Shown here piece after piece: positions 1-9,590 of a stretch of 64,000 nucleotides of DNA. Numbering within the stretch: the first letter of the stretch is position 1; each line of letters opens with the position of its first letter. The notes beneath the pieces are model-generated. The model did no database searches. It worked only from the letters and a program-made list of their open reading frames with translations, and had not been told where the DNA came from. Source of the DNA: an uncultured bacterium (GTDB lineage: Bacteria; Arandabacterota; Arandabacteria; Arandabacterales; Arandabacteraceae); NCBI GenBank assembly GCA_964598025.1, contig CAZRAU010000001.1, positions 56,201-120,200 on the forward strand, written 5' to 3'. The translations under genes and the position numbers were made by a program.

Positions 1-765
1 CTTGTGGTTGGCCATGATGGCATAACGACAATAGGCTTCCTCGGCCATCCCGCCTGCGAGCATTATCTCTTCACAGGCCTGCGCAAGACCAATCGGACTT
101 TCGTTCCGTCCGCGAGAATCCTCGGCATAGCGCAGCGCTTCGGCATGCTTACCCATGGCGGAGAGAGCTTTGACCCCCCACTTCCGGTAGTGCCAGTACT
201 TGTGAGGCGCGAGCTCGAGCAACTGCATGATCTCATCATATCGTCCGGCCTCGAACAAGGCGCTGAGGCAGGCGTCCGTCCCTTTGAAATAGTCGCCTGG
301 CACCCGATTCGGACTCCAGACCATCCGTACCATGTCGATGAAACCATCCGCCCAGCTCGAGGCACGTCCGGTCGAGGCGCACAGCTCCCCCCAATGGTCG
401 GTAAGCATCTCGATGTATGGCATATCATCGGCTTCCACCGCCCGCCAAAGGCATTCCAGCCATCTGTCACGCAGCGAGTCATCCGCAGGAGCTTTGGCGA
501 TGAGAGGCACGAGCGCGTCGATGGCGTTGCTGACTGCCGTTCCTATGGCACCTGATGAGCTGTCCACATGTTCAAGGGCCGGTGATACCTTCTCGAGAAA
601 CAATACCGCACCTTCGGCACCCAGAACGGCGTCGGTGCGTGCCGCCTTCTTGATCTCCGATACCGCCTCTTTGATACGCTTGATGGCCGGCTGGGAGCGC
701 CACCCAAAGGCATGGCGCCTGAAGCGGGACCGAAACGTCCACTTGTGTTTGGTGTGTGAAGCCAT
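1..765 (-). CDS. hypothetical alpha-helical protein, N-terminal ~255 aa (start inside window; gene runs off window start)
   Basis: Manual reverse-strand translation in the frame aligned to nt 1-3 gives an uninterrupted protein-like ORF from ATG at 765-763 (MASHTKHKWTFRSRF...WGVKALSAMGKHAEALRYAE...LAGGMAEEAYCRYAIMANHK). There is no stop before nt 1, and an in-frame stop lies upstream at 816-814. It is absent from the ORF track because it has no stop in the window. Plus-strand ORFs 4..555 and 332..790 here have wrong-frame composition. Confidence 0.55.
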   Translation of the reverse strand, partial: MASHTKHKWTFRSRFRRHAFGWRSQPAIKRIKEAVSEIKKAARTDAVLGAEGAVLFLEKVSPALEHVDSSSGAIGTAVSNAIDALVPLIAKAPADDSLRDRWLECLWRAVEADDMPYIEMLTDHWGELCASTGRASSWADGFIDMVRMVWSPNRVPGDYFKGTDACLSALFEAGRYDEIMQLLELAPHKYWHYRKWGVKALSAMGKHAEALRYAEDSRGRNESPIGLAQACEEIMLAGGMAEEAYCRYAIMANHK

Positions 766-883
766 GGCAATCAGCGCCTCTTTCCGATGATCGGTTTGCC
801 GTCCAGACAGCCATCATCCATGTCGACCCTGGTGGCAGAGTGCTCAGGGCCATCGACCCGGGCGAGAAGACGACCGTGTTCCG

Positions 884-2059
884 TTATAAACCCTCTTCTA
901 CCAGGGGCTTGCCCGGCAGAAGAGATCTCAGAAACGCATCACACGGCAAACATAGAATGCTTCCCTTGCGCAATCGTTCCTCGCCACGATAGAGCATGAG
1001 GGCTTCTGATTCCGGGTAATCCTGCTGGAAAGCACGCAACCCCGTTAGATCTCGCGTCTGAATGCGTGCTGCGTTCGTAACTTCTATTGCGCAAATACCT
1101 TCCGAGGTATAGACAATGAAATCCACCTCAACTCCGGCCCGCGTACGCCAGTAGTAGAGGGAGCCACCTGTATGGCTGTAGTCCATCCATGCCCGGAGGT
1201 GCTGACCCACGAGCCCTTCGAGTGCATGCCCGTCGATCCCTTGGGCTCGGTCGAGAGGGCCACTCGGCCGCAGTGAACGATACACCCCCGCATCAAAGAA
1301 GTAGAACTTCGGATGTGCTACAAGTGCCCTATGGGCTCGTTTCGTGAATACGGGAAGGCGGTACCCGAGCAGCAGATCCTCCAGGATATCCACGTAACCC
1401 TGGACGGTCTTCCGCTCCGCCTGGCATTCTCTGGCAATGTTACTTATGTTGAGCGTTGCCCCGTGCGAGAAACTTATGGTTTCCATGAAGCGCGAAAAGC
1501 TGCCGACATTCCTGACGATGCCCTCCATCTGCACCTCTTCCTGAAGATAGAGCGCAGCATAGGCTTCCAGGACCCGCTTCTGGTCATCCGATCCGCACAC
1601 CAAAGGCAAGAGCCCATTCCTGAGTGCTGCCTCCAGTTCGAAACGATCCCCCAACTCGGCGGCCATGAAGGGGTGCAGACGACATACCAGTGCACGCCCG
1701 GCCAGGAGATCGACTCCCGCGCGCTTGAGCTTTCTTGAGCTCGAGCCGGTCAAAACAAAAAGCAGGCCGTGCTTCTCCTCGATCAGGCCATGAACCAGGC
1801 TAAGAAGCTCAGGGATTCTCTGGATCTCGTCGATGACCACGGCTGAGACGGTGGGCTCGGCAAGTAGTCTTTCCCGCAGGTGCTCCGGGTTTGCCGAGTA
1901 CGTGCGGAATACCTTCGGGTCAAGCAAGTCGATGTAGATGGCGTCACTGAATTGCTGCTTCACCAGTGTGGATTTGCCCGTACCCCTGGGCCCGAACAGG
2001 AAGAAGCTCTGTGTTGGAGGAATGAAAAATCTATCTATGGTTTCCATATTGGGCCCCAA
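884..2059 (-). CDS. AAA+ ATPase with DUF4143-type C-terminal domain (COG1373-like)
   Basis: Walker A FGPRGTGKST and Walker B VVIDEIQ are present. The C-terminal half resembles DUF4143. 391 aa. Confidence 0.85.
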   Translation of the reverse strand: MGPNMETIDRFFIPPTQSFFLFGPRGTGKSTLVKQQFSDAIYIDLLDPKVFRTYSANPEHLRERLLAEPTVSAVVIDEIQRIPELLSLVHGLIEEKHGLLFVLTGSSSRKLKRAGVDLLAGRALVCRLHPFMAAELGDRFELEAALRNGLLPLVCGSDDQKRVLEAYAALYLQEEVQMEGIVRNVGSFSRFMETISFSHGATLNISNIARECQAERKTVQGYVDILEDLLLGYRLPVFTKRAHRALVAHPKFYFFDAGVYRSLRPSGPLDRAQGIDGHALEGLVGQHLRAWMDYSHTGGSLYYWRTRAGVEVDFIVYTSEGICAIEVTNAARIQTRDLTGLRAFQQDYPESEALMLYRGEERLRKGSILCLPCDAFLRSLLPGKPLVEEGL

Positions 2060-2600
2060 ATTGGCAGTGCGCTACCCAAAATTAACGGCATCTGGAGGGG
2101 ACATGTCAAGCAAAAACCCTGGCTGGCGTTGGATTTGCCTCGGGTGGGTCTATGTGCGGTGGCCCAAGTTCATTGTCATGGGATCACCACGTGCCTTACC
2201 CTCCTCTCCGTAGACCGGCTAATGCACGAAGTGGAGTTGCCCCGCTTTCATGGACGGTCAACCACCTATGATCATGCACCATGATTTGGCCCTCTTGATC
2301 TCATAACCTGTCGGCGACTTACAGTCCCGTGCGGAGTTGTGTCTGTTTTGAGGGTTGTGGAAGCCCTCGCCCACCGGGCCCATCGACGGCCGCACCCCGG
2401 CCTCGCGGCAATGCTGCCCGAAGACAATCGACGTCTACCGGCAGCCCTGGTCCGAGTGATGGATCACACCCTTGAGACACCGGCGCAGACAGCCTGGACG
2501 AAGAGGAGTGAGGGGTGTAAGATGTGCTGCGGACCGAGGGAGCCCTGATACGGCCATGACCCGAGGTGTTTCGGAACGCTCTTCTGTGGCAGGTGATGAT

Positions 2601-4118
2601 ATGACCACGAAGTCTGTTTGTAAGGTTTGCGGCAGGCTGGCCAGGCGCCGCTGCCCGGCCATAGAGGCCCATATTTGCACGCGTTGCTGCGGTTCCAAGC
2701 GAGGAGCTGACTTCGGATGCCCCGTGGATTGCAAGTTCTACCCCTTCGGTATCGCGGGTTATGATCTGTGGTTGAATCTGAATGACGCCCTGGCGGCCAA
2801 GATGGTCAAGCGAGTCATCAGTGAGGTGGACGAGTTTCACTTCCAATCGGTTTTGGGCTCGTTTTCAGCCGCTGAGGCATCATATAGGGAATCTCAGGGT
2901 GAAGCCGCCTATCTGGCGGTTCTTCATTGCTTACTCGTTGAACGGGATGATGAGGGGAAGACCGTGGCCGATAGGTGGAAGGCCGATGGCTGGGCCGGGT
3001 TGAGGCCGGATGAGGCCTTGATGATGAAGTATCGAACTGGGTCGTTTGTCACTGTCACTGAGATTCAGAAGGTAGTGGATCATCAGAGAATGGAGTGCAT
3101 AGATGTATTCGATACTGAGAAGAGGCCCTTCATTCTCGTTGATAGGACATTTGCCAGACGCGCGACAAGGTTCAGCAGGATCCTAGGCTGGCTGACGCAC
3201 TATCCGCATTTCAGCAAGATGGGTCAGTTCTGCCATGAGGTGCCCCAGCTGGTGTATCAGGAGTTTCTCGATCTCATCCGGGAGCATGCCGAGGGAGAGG
3301 GGTATGCCCATGATGAGGGGGGCTGCAAAGCTTACATGACGGAACGCCTGGCCGATCTACTCGAATTCCTGGCCGTCATGCCTCGAGAGAAGATGATGGC
3401 CATCTTCAGGAATATGGATTCCTATCACTGTGTGAGTACGTACGACATCACCGGTCGGCGCGAGGAGATCAGGTGCATCCTGGAAGCCAAACCCGACTTC
3501 GAGTGGGACGACCGTGAGCCCGACGAGGGAGATCCCCCTGAGGTTGAATACTATGGCTGGCGGCGTCTGGGAGAGTCTCAGGAGATCGAGAAGAGCATGG
3601 CCCCTCAGTTCCGCCATCATCCTGGAAGCGAGTGGGTAGGTGGAGTGGGGAACATCAAGTTGTATGAGGAGAAACTGGTCTTCGAGGCTTTCACAAGGCA
3701 GTTGTACGACTTGGGAAAGGGAATGATCCAGCGCTATTTCGGAAAGCATGTGAGACTTATGGATGAGGAAATCTCGGAGATTGCCGGTAAGATCGCGGAC
3801 ATGTGCGAGGATGAGGATCCAACCGAGGAACGGGAGCCAAGGGGCCTTGCACCGGACGCGATACCGTCTGAGGTCCGGGCCGAGATTGTTAAGAAATTCT
3901 ATGAGGAACACTACACCAGATTCCTGGATGATCCCATTCCTGCGCTGGACGGCTTGACGCCGAGGGAGGCATCCGGAAGACCTGACGCCCGTTCCATGTT
4001 GGTTGAGCTCATGAAAGAGCATATCCATGGCATTGAAAGAAGGAACAGGGAAGAAGGCACCGATATCAGCATAGACTTCGTGCTCAAGAAGTTGGGTCTC
4101 GATGAATTGCTCGGCTGA
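2601..4118 (+). CDS. hypothetical protein with N-terminal Cys-rich (zinc-ribbon-like) segment
   Basis: The ORF is 2472..4118. Its first 43 codons are Arg/Gly-rich junk. The ATG at 2601 is preceded by AGGTGA, and the protein starts MTTKSVCKVCG...CTRCCG...CPVDC. I recognise no known family. 505 aa. Confidence 0.6.
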   Translation: MTTKSVCKVCGRLARRRCPAIEAHICTRCCGSKRGADFGCPVDCKFYPFGIAGYDLWLNLNDALAAKMVKRVISEVDEFHFQSVLGSFSAAEASYRESQGEAAYLAVLHCLLVERDDEGKTVADRWKADGWAGLRPDEALMMKYRTGSFVTVTEIQKVVDHQRMECIDVFDTEKRPFILVDRTFARRATRFSRILGWLTHYPHFSKMGQFCHEVPQLVYQEFLDLIREHAEGEGYAHDEGGCKAYMTERLADLLEFLAVMPREKMMAIFRNMDSYHCVSTYDITGRREEIRCILEAKPDFEWDDREPDEGDPPEVEYYGWRRLGESQEIEKSMAPQFRHHPGSEWVGGVGNIKLYEEKLVFEAFTRQLYDLGKGMIQRYFGKHVRLMDEEISEIAGKIADMCEDEDPTEEREPRGLAPDAIPSEVRAEIVKKFYEEHYTRFLDDPIPALDGLTPREASGRPDARSMLVELMKEHIHGIERRNREEGTDISIDFVLKKLGLDELLG

Positions 4119-4572
4119 AGCGCCGGTCTCATGCATCTGAAGGAAACACTATCGGACTGTGTTTCGCCGAGTTACGCAAAAGAATGGCGTGGAATCCCGA
4201 CAATCCCGCCGTGTTTACTATAGATCATTCAGCCGGCGGCACCGACAATCCTCTGAAAGAGCGACCGGCGCGTCCATGAGTGGTCTGCTTCCCGGATCCT
4301 CATCCATTTCGGGTGAGGGACTCCTGGTGGTCGATGTGCTCCCAGACTCTGGACGACCAGCCCCTCGAGAAACGCCGCTTTTCGCCCGCCTGTAGTCACT
4401 GACGTCAGTAGTTCCTCTCTTCCGCTTGGTGGAAATATCTTCCGGCTTGATTCCCGATTGCTTGGCAACCGGGGCAGCGGAAATTCGACATTCTGATCCC
4501 GGTGCGGCGCAAATCTGTTGATATGACGCAAGTTAACACATGGCACTCAAATACTGGGAAATATCGGGGTTT

Positions 4573-4588
4573 TGGCAAGGGGCTTGCT
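4573..4588 (+). promoter_or_regulatory. sigma-54 (-24/-12) promoter candidate upstream of flgF
   Basis: TGGCAAGGGGCTTGCT matches TGGCAC-N5-TTGCW at 15 of 16 positions, with the GG and GC exactly 10 nt apart. It ends about 34 nt before the flgF ATG. Confidence 0.5.
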
Positions 4589-4621
4589 CTGGGTTAGGCC
4601 GGGGTAATAACGGAGGTGTGC

Positions 4622-5383
4622 ATGATCGATGGCGTGAAGAAGATGGCGAAGGACATGTCGGTCAAGGTCCTGAGGCAGGAACTCATTGCCAACAACCTGG
4701 CCAACGTCAACACTCCGGGCTTTAAGACCCAGAGGGCGTTCTCCACGCTGCTCAAGCAGTCGATGGGTGCTGAGGCGGCTCGAATGGGTGAGGCTCCCGG
4801 CGGGGCCACGTCGAAGCCGGAAGGCGCAGACGGGCAGCAAACCGTCGGCATCTATACCTCCTTCGAGCAGGGGAGGATCGAATACACCCACCGTAGTCTC
4901 GATCTTGCCATAGACGGGGACGGATTTTTCGTTGTGGATACGCCGTTCGGGGAGCGCTTCACGCGATCGGGTTCCTTCACCCTTACCGAGTCGGGGCTGC
5001 TTGCCACCTATGGCGGGAACCTCGTGATGGGAGCGGGTGGGCCTATCACCATTCAGGGTGAGGAGGTCGAAATCACGCCGGACGGCAGCGTGGTTGTGGA
5101 CGGAGATGAGGTGGACACCATAAGGGTCGTAGCCTTCCCGGAGCCCGAGAACCTTGACAGGCAGGGCAGCACCTTCGCATCGAACAATGCACAGTATGAG
5201 GACGTGGACTTCGCCCGGACCCAGATAGTCCAGGGGGCGCTGGAGCGGTCCAATGTCAATCCTATAGATGAAATGGTGGAGATGATCGCACTCCATCGCG
5301 GTTTTGAGGCCGACCAGATGGGCATCAGGCTTCAGATTGACGCCGCAAAGAAACTTCTGGAGCAGGTGGGTAATCTTGATTGA
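4622..5383 (+). CDS. flgF: flagellar basal-body rod protein FlgF
   Basis: It has the rod-protein N-terminal motif LANNLANVNTPGFK and C-terminal helix. An ATG at 4622 lies 4 nt after GGAGG. 253 aa. Confidence 0.8.
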   Translation: MIDGVKKMAKDMSVKVLRQELIANNLANVNTPGFKTQRAFSTLLKQSMGAEAARMGEAPGGATSKPEGADGQQTVGIYTSFEQGRIEYTHRSLDLAIDGDGFFVVDTPFGERFTRSGSFTLTESGLLATYGGNLVMGAGGPITIQGEEVEITPDGSVVVDGDEVDTIRVVAFPEPENLDRQGSTFASNNAQYEDVDFARTQIVQGALERSNVNPIDEMVEMIALHRGFEADQMGIRLQIDAAKKLLEQVGNLD

Positions 5384-5401
5384 TCTGAGGGGGTATAGCG
5401 C

Positions 5402-6190
5402 ATGATAAGAGCACTCAAGACGGCGGCAACGGGCATGGCCGCCCAGCAGCTTAATGTCGACAATATCGCGAACAACCTGGCCAACATAAACACCACGGGG
5501 TTCAAGCGAAGCAAGGTGGAGTTTCAGGATCTTTTCTACCAGACAACCAGGTCCCCGGGCGGCATCGCCCGCCAGGGGGTGGAACGGCCCACATCGCTCG
5601 AGGTGGGTTACGGAGCGGTACCCGTGGCGACGCCCAGGATCTTCTCCCAGGGGGAGCTGCTTCCAACGAGCAATCCGCTGGATATCGCGATAAACGGGGG
5701 CGGGTTCCTCAGGGTCTTGATGGCCGACGGTACCTATGCCTATACGCGTGACGGGGCCTTGAAGCTCTCAGGCGACGGCAGGCTTGTGACCACGGATGGG
5801 GAGGTCATAGATCCCGAGATCACTATTCCCGAGGGTGCGACCGAGATCATGATCGCCAGGGACGGCACCGTGGGTGTGAGGGTCGGCAATGATATGGATG
5901 CCCAGGAAGTGGGAAGCATCGAACTGGTGCGTTTCCTGAATCCCGCCGGGCTTGCCTCGATCGGGCGAAACCTGATGGTGGAAACGCCCGCGGCGGGTGA
6001 CCCCATAGCCGGAACTCCCGGTCTCGACGGGAACGGGGAGATCTACCAGGGCTACCTGGAGACCGCCAACGTGGAGATTGTGGAAGAGATGGTCAATATG
6101 ATCGTGGCCCAGCGGGCCTATGAGATCAACTCCAAGGCCATAAAGACGGCCGATGACATGCTGGCCATTGTAAACAACATTGCGAGGTAG
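5402..6190 (+). CDS. flgG: flagellar basal-body rod protein FlgG (distal rod)
   Basis: The start MIRALKTAATGM...IANNLANINTTGFK and the end VAQRAYEINSKAIKTADDML match FlgG. 262 aa. Confidence 0.9.
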   Translation: MIRALKTAATGMAAQQLNVDNIANNLANINTTGFKRSKVEFQDLFYQTTRSPGGIARQGVERPTSLEVGYGAVPVATPRIFSQGELLPTSNPLDIAINGGGFLRVLMADGTYAYTRDGALKLSGDGRLVTTDGEVIDPEITIPEGATEIMIARDGTVGVRVGNDMDAQEVGSIELVRFLNPAGLASIGRNLMVETPAAGDPIAGTPGLDGNGEIYQGYLETANVEIVEEMVNMIVAQRAYEINSKAIKTADDMLAIVNNIAR

Positions 6191-6193
6191 GTG

Positions 6194-6934
6194 ATGAATG
6201 TGAAGATCCGCTTGAAACTCGGACTTTCACTGCTCGGGCTCCTGGTTCTCGCCCTGCCCGGGATCGCAACGGCGGGCCGGGCCGACACCATGAATTCCCT
6301 GACCGAAATGGTCAGGGGTTCCGTGGAAAGTTACGTGCGGGACCGGGTCACGACACCGGCCGATTCGGTGGCGGTCGCAGTAGCCCTACCCATGTTTGCG
6401 GTCGAGCCGCATGAGGTCACGGATTTCAGGCTGGATCTTTTCTCCACCAAACCTGTCATAGGCACGGTACCGGTGAAGATCACTTTTCTGCTTGATGGCG
6501 GTGGCTCACTAACCTATGCCGCGACGGCCCGGGTAAGGGTCTATGCTTCCGTGCTTGTGGCCGCCGAGCGTCTGAATCGGCACGAGATTGTGACCCAGGA
6601 GGCACTTCGGGTGGAGACGCGGGAGATCACAAACCTTACCGATGCCTACTTCACGGTACCGGCAGAGGTTGCGGGTAAGCGCGCCCGGCGGGTCATAAGC
6701 CCGGGCAACATGCTCAAGGCGTCGGATGTCGAGGCCATTCCTCTGGTGAACAGAGGGGCGGGGGTCACGGTGGCAATCGTCTTGGGGAAGGTGACTGTCA
6801 CTTCCAAGGCGAAGGCCCTGGAAGACGGTGAGATGGGAGAGATCATAAAGGTGCAGGACCTTACGACGGGGAAGCGGCTTGTGGGGACCGTTGCGGGTAA
6901 GTGCCTGGTTGTTCTGGATGAAAGCATGCTTTGA
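6194..6934 (+). CDS. flgA: flagellar P-ring assembly chaperone FlgA
   Basis: Signal peptide, then a C-terminal FlgA/SAF-like region (GEIIKVQDLTTGKRLVGTV). Its position between flgG and flgH supports the call. Confidence 0.75.
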   Translation: MNVKIRLKLGLSLLGLLVLALPGIATAGRADTMNSLTEMVRGSVESYVRDRVTTPADSVAVAVALPMFAVEPHEVTDFRLDLFSTKPVIGTVPVKITFLLDGGGSLTYAATARVRVYASVLVAAERLNRHEIVTQEALRVETREITNLTDAYFTVPAEVAGKRARRVISPGNMLKASDVEAIPLVNRGAGVTVAIVLGKVTVTSKAKALEDGEMGEIIKVQDLTTGKRLVGTVAGKCLVVLDESML

Positions 6935-6938
6935 GGTC

Positions 6939-7517
6939 ATGACAATGAGAATAACAAGATGGTTCATGTTTGGTGCCGCAGTGCTTCTTATCATATGTGT
7001 CCCGGTCGGGGCCTGGGCCCAGGGGTCGCTTTATACGGATCTTAAGGCCGTGGCCGTCGGGGACGTCGTAACCATCATCATCATCGAGAAGACCATGGCT
7101 TCGAATAGCTCGGGGCTAGATACCGAAAAGGAGTCCCGAGTCTTCACCGAGGGTTCGGGCACCGGGCCCATGGATTTCGTCAATCCCTTCTCGCTCGGGG
7201 CGAGTATCGGCCGGGAGCATGGCGGCAGCGGGAGCACCGAGCGTGCCGGGAGCATCGTGGGGAAGATGGCGGCCACGGTCATGGCCGTGACGCCCAACGG
7301 CAACCTCGAGATCCAAGGCCGTCGGGAGATCGTGGTCAATGACGAGAAGGAGATCCTCACCATCACCGGGACGGTGAGACCTCAGGACATCTCGACCGAC
7401 AACATCGTTTACTCGACGGATATTGCCAATACGCAGATTGAATACAAGGGCAAGGGACTTGTGACTTCGGGCAGCAAACCCGGGATCATCTCCCGGATCG
7501 TTTCACTCTTCTTCTAA
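6939..7517 (+). CDS. flgH: flagellar L-ring lipoprotein FlgH
   Basis: Signal peptide with a Cys near the cleavage site. The FlgH core motifs GDVVTIII and ITGTVRPQDIS are present. An RBS GAGGT lies upstream. Confidence 0.85.
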   Translation: MTMRITRWFMFGAAVLLIICVPVGAWAQGSLYTDLKAVAVGDVVTIIIIEKTMASNSSGLDTEKESRVFTEGSGTGPMDFVNPFSLGASIGREHGGSGSTERAGSIVGKMAATVMAVTPNGNLEIQGRREIVVNDEKEILTITGTVRPQDISTDNIVYSTDIANTQIEYKGKGLVTSGSKPGIISRIVSLFF

Positions 7518-7531
7518 AGGTAAGGACCAAG

Positions 7532-8662
7532 ATGCGAAGGAACGTACTTCTCTTTGTAGTCTTGCCGGCGGCCTTGGGGTTTTGGCTCGCGGTGGATACG
7601 GTTTTGGCCACGCCGCGCATCAAGGACATAAGCAGGGTCGGCACCGATGGCGAGATGCGCCTGATCGGCTACGGGCTGGTGGTGGGCCTTGACGGTACGG
7701 GTGACAGTAAGGGCACCGAATTCACGGTGCAGTCGGTTACCAACATGCTCACGCGTATGGGGATCACCGTGCCTCAGAACAAGGTGAAGACCAAGAACGT
7801 CGCCGCCGTAATCGTCTCGGCTGAGATGCCCCTGACGGCGAGGGTGGGGACCAGGATAGACGTCACGGTCTCCTCGCTTGGAGACGCCAAGAGCTTGGAA
7901 GGCGGGACGCTTCTACTTTCACCCCTGAAGGGTACCGACAACGAGTTTTATGCCACTGCCCAGGGCCCGGTCTCTGTGGGGGGATTCAAGGCGACCGGTG
8001 CCGGGGGCGACCAGGTAAGCAAGAATTACACCTTGGTGGGGCGGATCCCGTCCGGTGCCGTGGTGGATGCCGAGGCGGGGGTCGGCGGGTTCGAGAGCGA
8101 CTATGTAGATATCATGCTCTTCCATCCGGATTACACGACGGCCTCGAGAATAAGTGAAGCCATAACGGCGGCCTTCGGCGACATAGACGCCGTAGCGCTG
8201 GATCCGGCAATGGTCAGGGTCACGCTGCCTGAAGAGGTACGTCAGGGCGGTCGAGTGGTGGACTTCATCGCAAAGGTGGAGACCACGCGGGTGCATCCGG
8301 ATGTGGCCGCCATAGTGGTGATAAACGAGAAAACCGGCACCATCGTCGCGGGCGAGAATGTGACGATTGGTGCCGTTGCTATTGCCCACGGGGGTCTGAG
8401 CATCGAGATAAGGTCATGGCCTGTGATATCCCAGCCACCGGCTTTCTCGGCCAAGGGGGCGGGCCAGACGGTGGTCACCGAGGACTCCAACGTCCAGGCA
8501 GAGGTTGAGCAGAGCCGGCTTGTGGCATTTGAAGAGTCCCCCAGTGTGGCAGAGGTGGCCCGGGCCTTGAATGCCCTTGGTGTAAACCCGAGGGACATAA
8601 TCGCCATATTCCAGGCCCTCAAGGAAGCGGGGGCCCTGAGGGCGCAGATAAAGATAATCTAA
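7532..8662 (+). CDS. flgI: flagellar P-ring protein FlgI
   Basis: Signal peptide; RIKDISRVGTDGEMRLIGYGLVVGLDGTGD is the typical FlgI N-terminus. 376 aa. Confidence 0.9.
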   Translation: MRRNVLLFVVLPAALGFWLAVDTVLATPRIKDISRVGTDGEMRLIGYGLVVGLDGTGDSKGTEFTVQSVTNMLTRMGITVPQNKVKTKNVAAVIVSAEMPLTARVGTRIDVTVSSLGDAKSLEGGTLLLSPLKGTDNEFYATAQGPVSVGGFKATGAGGDQVSKNYTLVGRIPSGAVVDAEAGVGGFESDYVDIMLFHPDYTTASRISEAITAAFGDIDAVALDPAMVRVTLPEEVRQGGRVVDFIAKVETTRVHPDVAAIVVINEKTGTIVAGENVTIGAVAIAHGGLSIEIRSWPVISQPPAFSAKGAGQTVVTEDSNVQAEVEQSRLVAFEESPSVAEVARALNALGVNPRDIIAIFQALKEAGALRAQIKII

Positions 8663-8683
8663 GAGGAGTGGCGTAGAGACGAC

Positions 8684-9556
8684 ATGGAGATCCAGGGACT
8701 GGACAACATCGTTTCCAGGTTGGCAGGCAAGCCCGCTGACAACTCCGCCTGCCCGTCCAAGGAGGCGGCGGACACGGCGAAGGCACGGAAGGCCTGCAGT
8801 GAGTTCGAATCCATCCTGCTATATCGGATGCTCTCCACGATGAGGAAAGCCTTCCAGGACGAGGATGGGGAGGACTCCGGGTTTGGGGGCGACATCTTCA
8901 AGTCCATGATGGATGAGCAGCTTAGCCTTGCGCTCGCCAAGTCGGGCGGCATCGGGCTTGCCGACATGCTCCAAAAGGCCTTGGGGATAGAGTCGGAAAG
9001 CGAAGAGCTGCGGCCGGGCAAGGAGGTTCAGGTCTCGCCGGTCCGGATGGAGGAGCGGCGCGTGACTCCGGCGGGAGCGGCTTCGTCCGGGGGGGCCCAG
9101 CATGAGGCCGCAGCCTCCGAGGCGGCCGAAACCGGGAGAACCGGCCTGAGCGGCATCCTGAAGATCTACGATTCCACGATAAGAGCGGCATCTCAGGTCT
9201 TCGGCGTGAGTGCCGACCTCATTCGCGCCGTGATCATCCAGGAATCGGGCGGCGACCCCGAGGCGGTTTCTCACAAGGGGGCCAAGGGGCTGATGCAGCT
9301 CACCGACCCGACGGCCCGCGACCTGGGGGTCAGCAATCCCTTCGATCCGGTGCAGAACATATTCGGCGGGACGCGTTTCCTGGCCAACATGCTGAAGACC
9401 TGTAAGGGGAACCTCGAGCTGGCGCTTGCCTCATACAACGCCGGTCCCGGGGCCGTGGAGAAGTATGGCGGTATCCCGCCCTTTGAGGAGACGCAGAACT
9501 ACGTAAAGAGTGTCATTGGGAAACTGGAGACCTTAAGAACACCACAGGCGGAGTAA
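8684..9556 (+). CDS. flgJ: FlgJ-like rod-assembly protein: N-terminal rod-binding domain fused to a C-terminal lytic transglycosylase (SLT) domain
   Basis: The N-terminus CSEFESILLYRMLSTMRKAF...GGIGLADML matches the Rod-binding domain. The C-terminus IIQESGGDPEAVSHKGAKGLMQLT...YNAGPGAV matches SLT family 1, with the catalytic Glu in QES. Confidence 0.8.
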   Translation: MEIQGLDNIVSRLAGKPADNSACPSKEAADTAKARKACSEFESILLYRMLSTMRKAFQDEDGEDSGFGGDIFKSMMDEQLSLALAKSGGIGLADMLQKALGIESESEELRPGKEVQVSPVRMEERRVTPAGAASSGGAQHEAAASEAAETGRTGLSGILKIYDSTIRAASQVFGVSADLIRAVIIQESGGDPEAVSHKGAKGLMQLTDPTARDLGVSNPFDPVQNIFGGTRFLANMLKTCKGNLELALASYNAGPGAVEKYGGIPPFEETQNYVKSVIGKLETLRTPQAE

Positions 9557-9590
9557 CACCGGGTCCTCTAAGGGCCCTGAAAGGGAACGC

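Noticed and set aside
4-790. Plus-strand ORFs 4..555 (183 aa) and 332..790 (152 aa)
   Set aside because: They have Arg/Gly/Pro-rich and Ser/Ala-rich wrong-frame composition. The interval is covered by a protein-like minus-strand gene (<1..765).
3357-4136. 259-aa minus ORF
   Set aside because: It is antisense to the 2601..4118 CDS and has skewed composition typical of high-GC shadow ORFs.
4547-5296. 249-aa minus ORF
   Set aside because: It is antisense to flgF, which is unambiguous.
8803-8812. tRNA T-loop-like motif GTTCGAATCC
   Set aside because: It lies inside flgJ coding sequence (encodes EFES). There is no flanking acceptor or anticodon stem structure.
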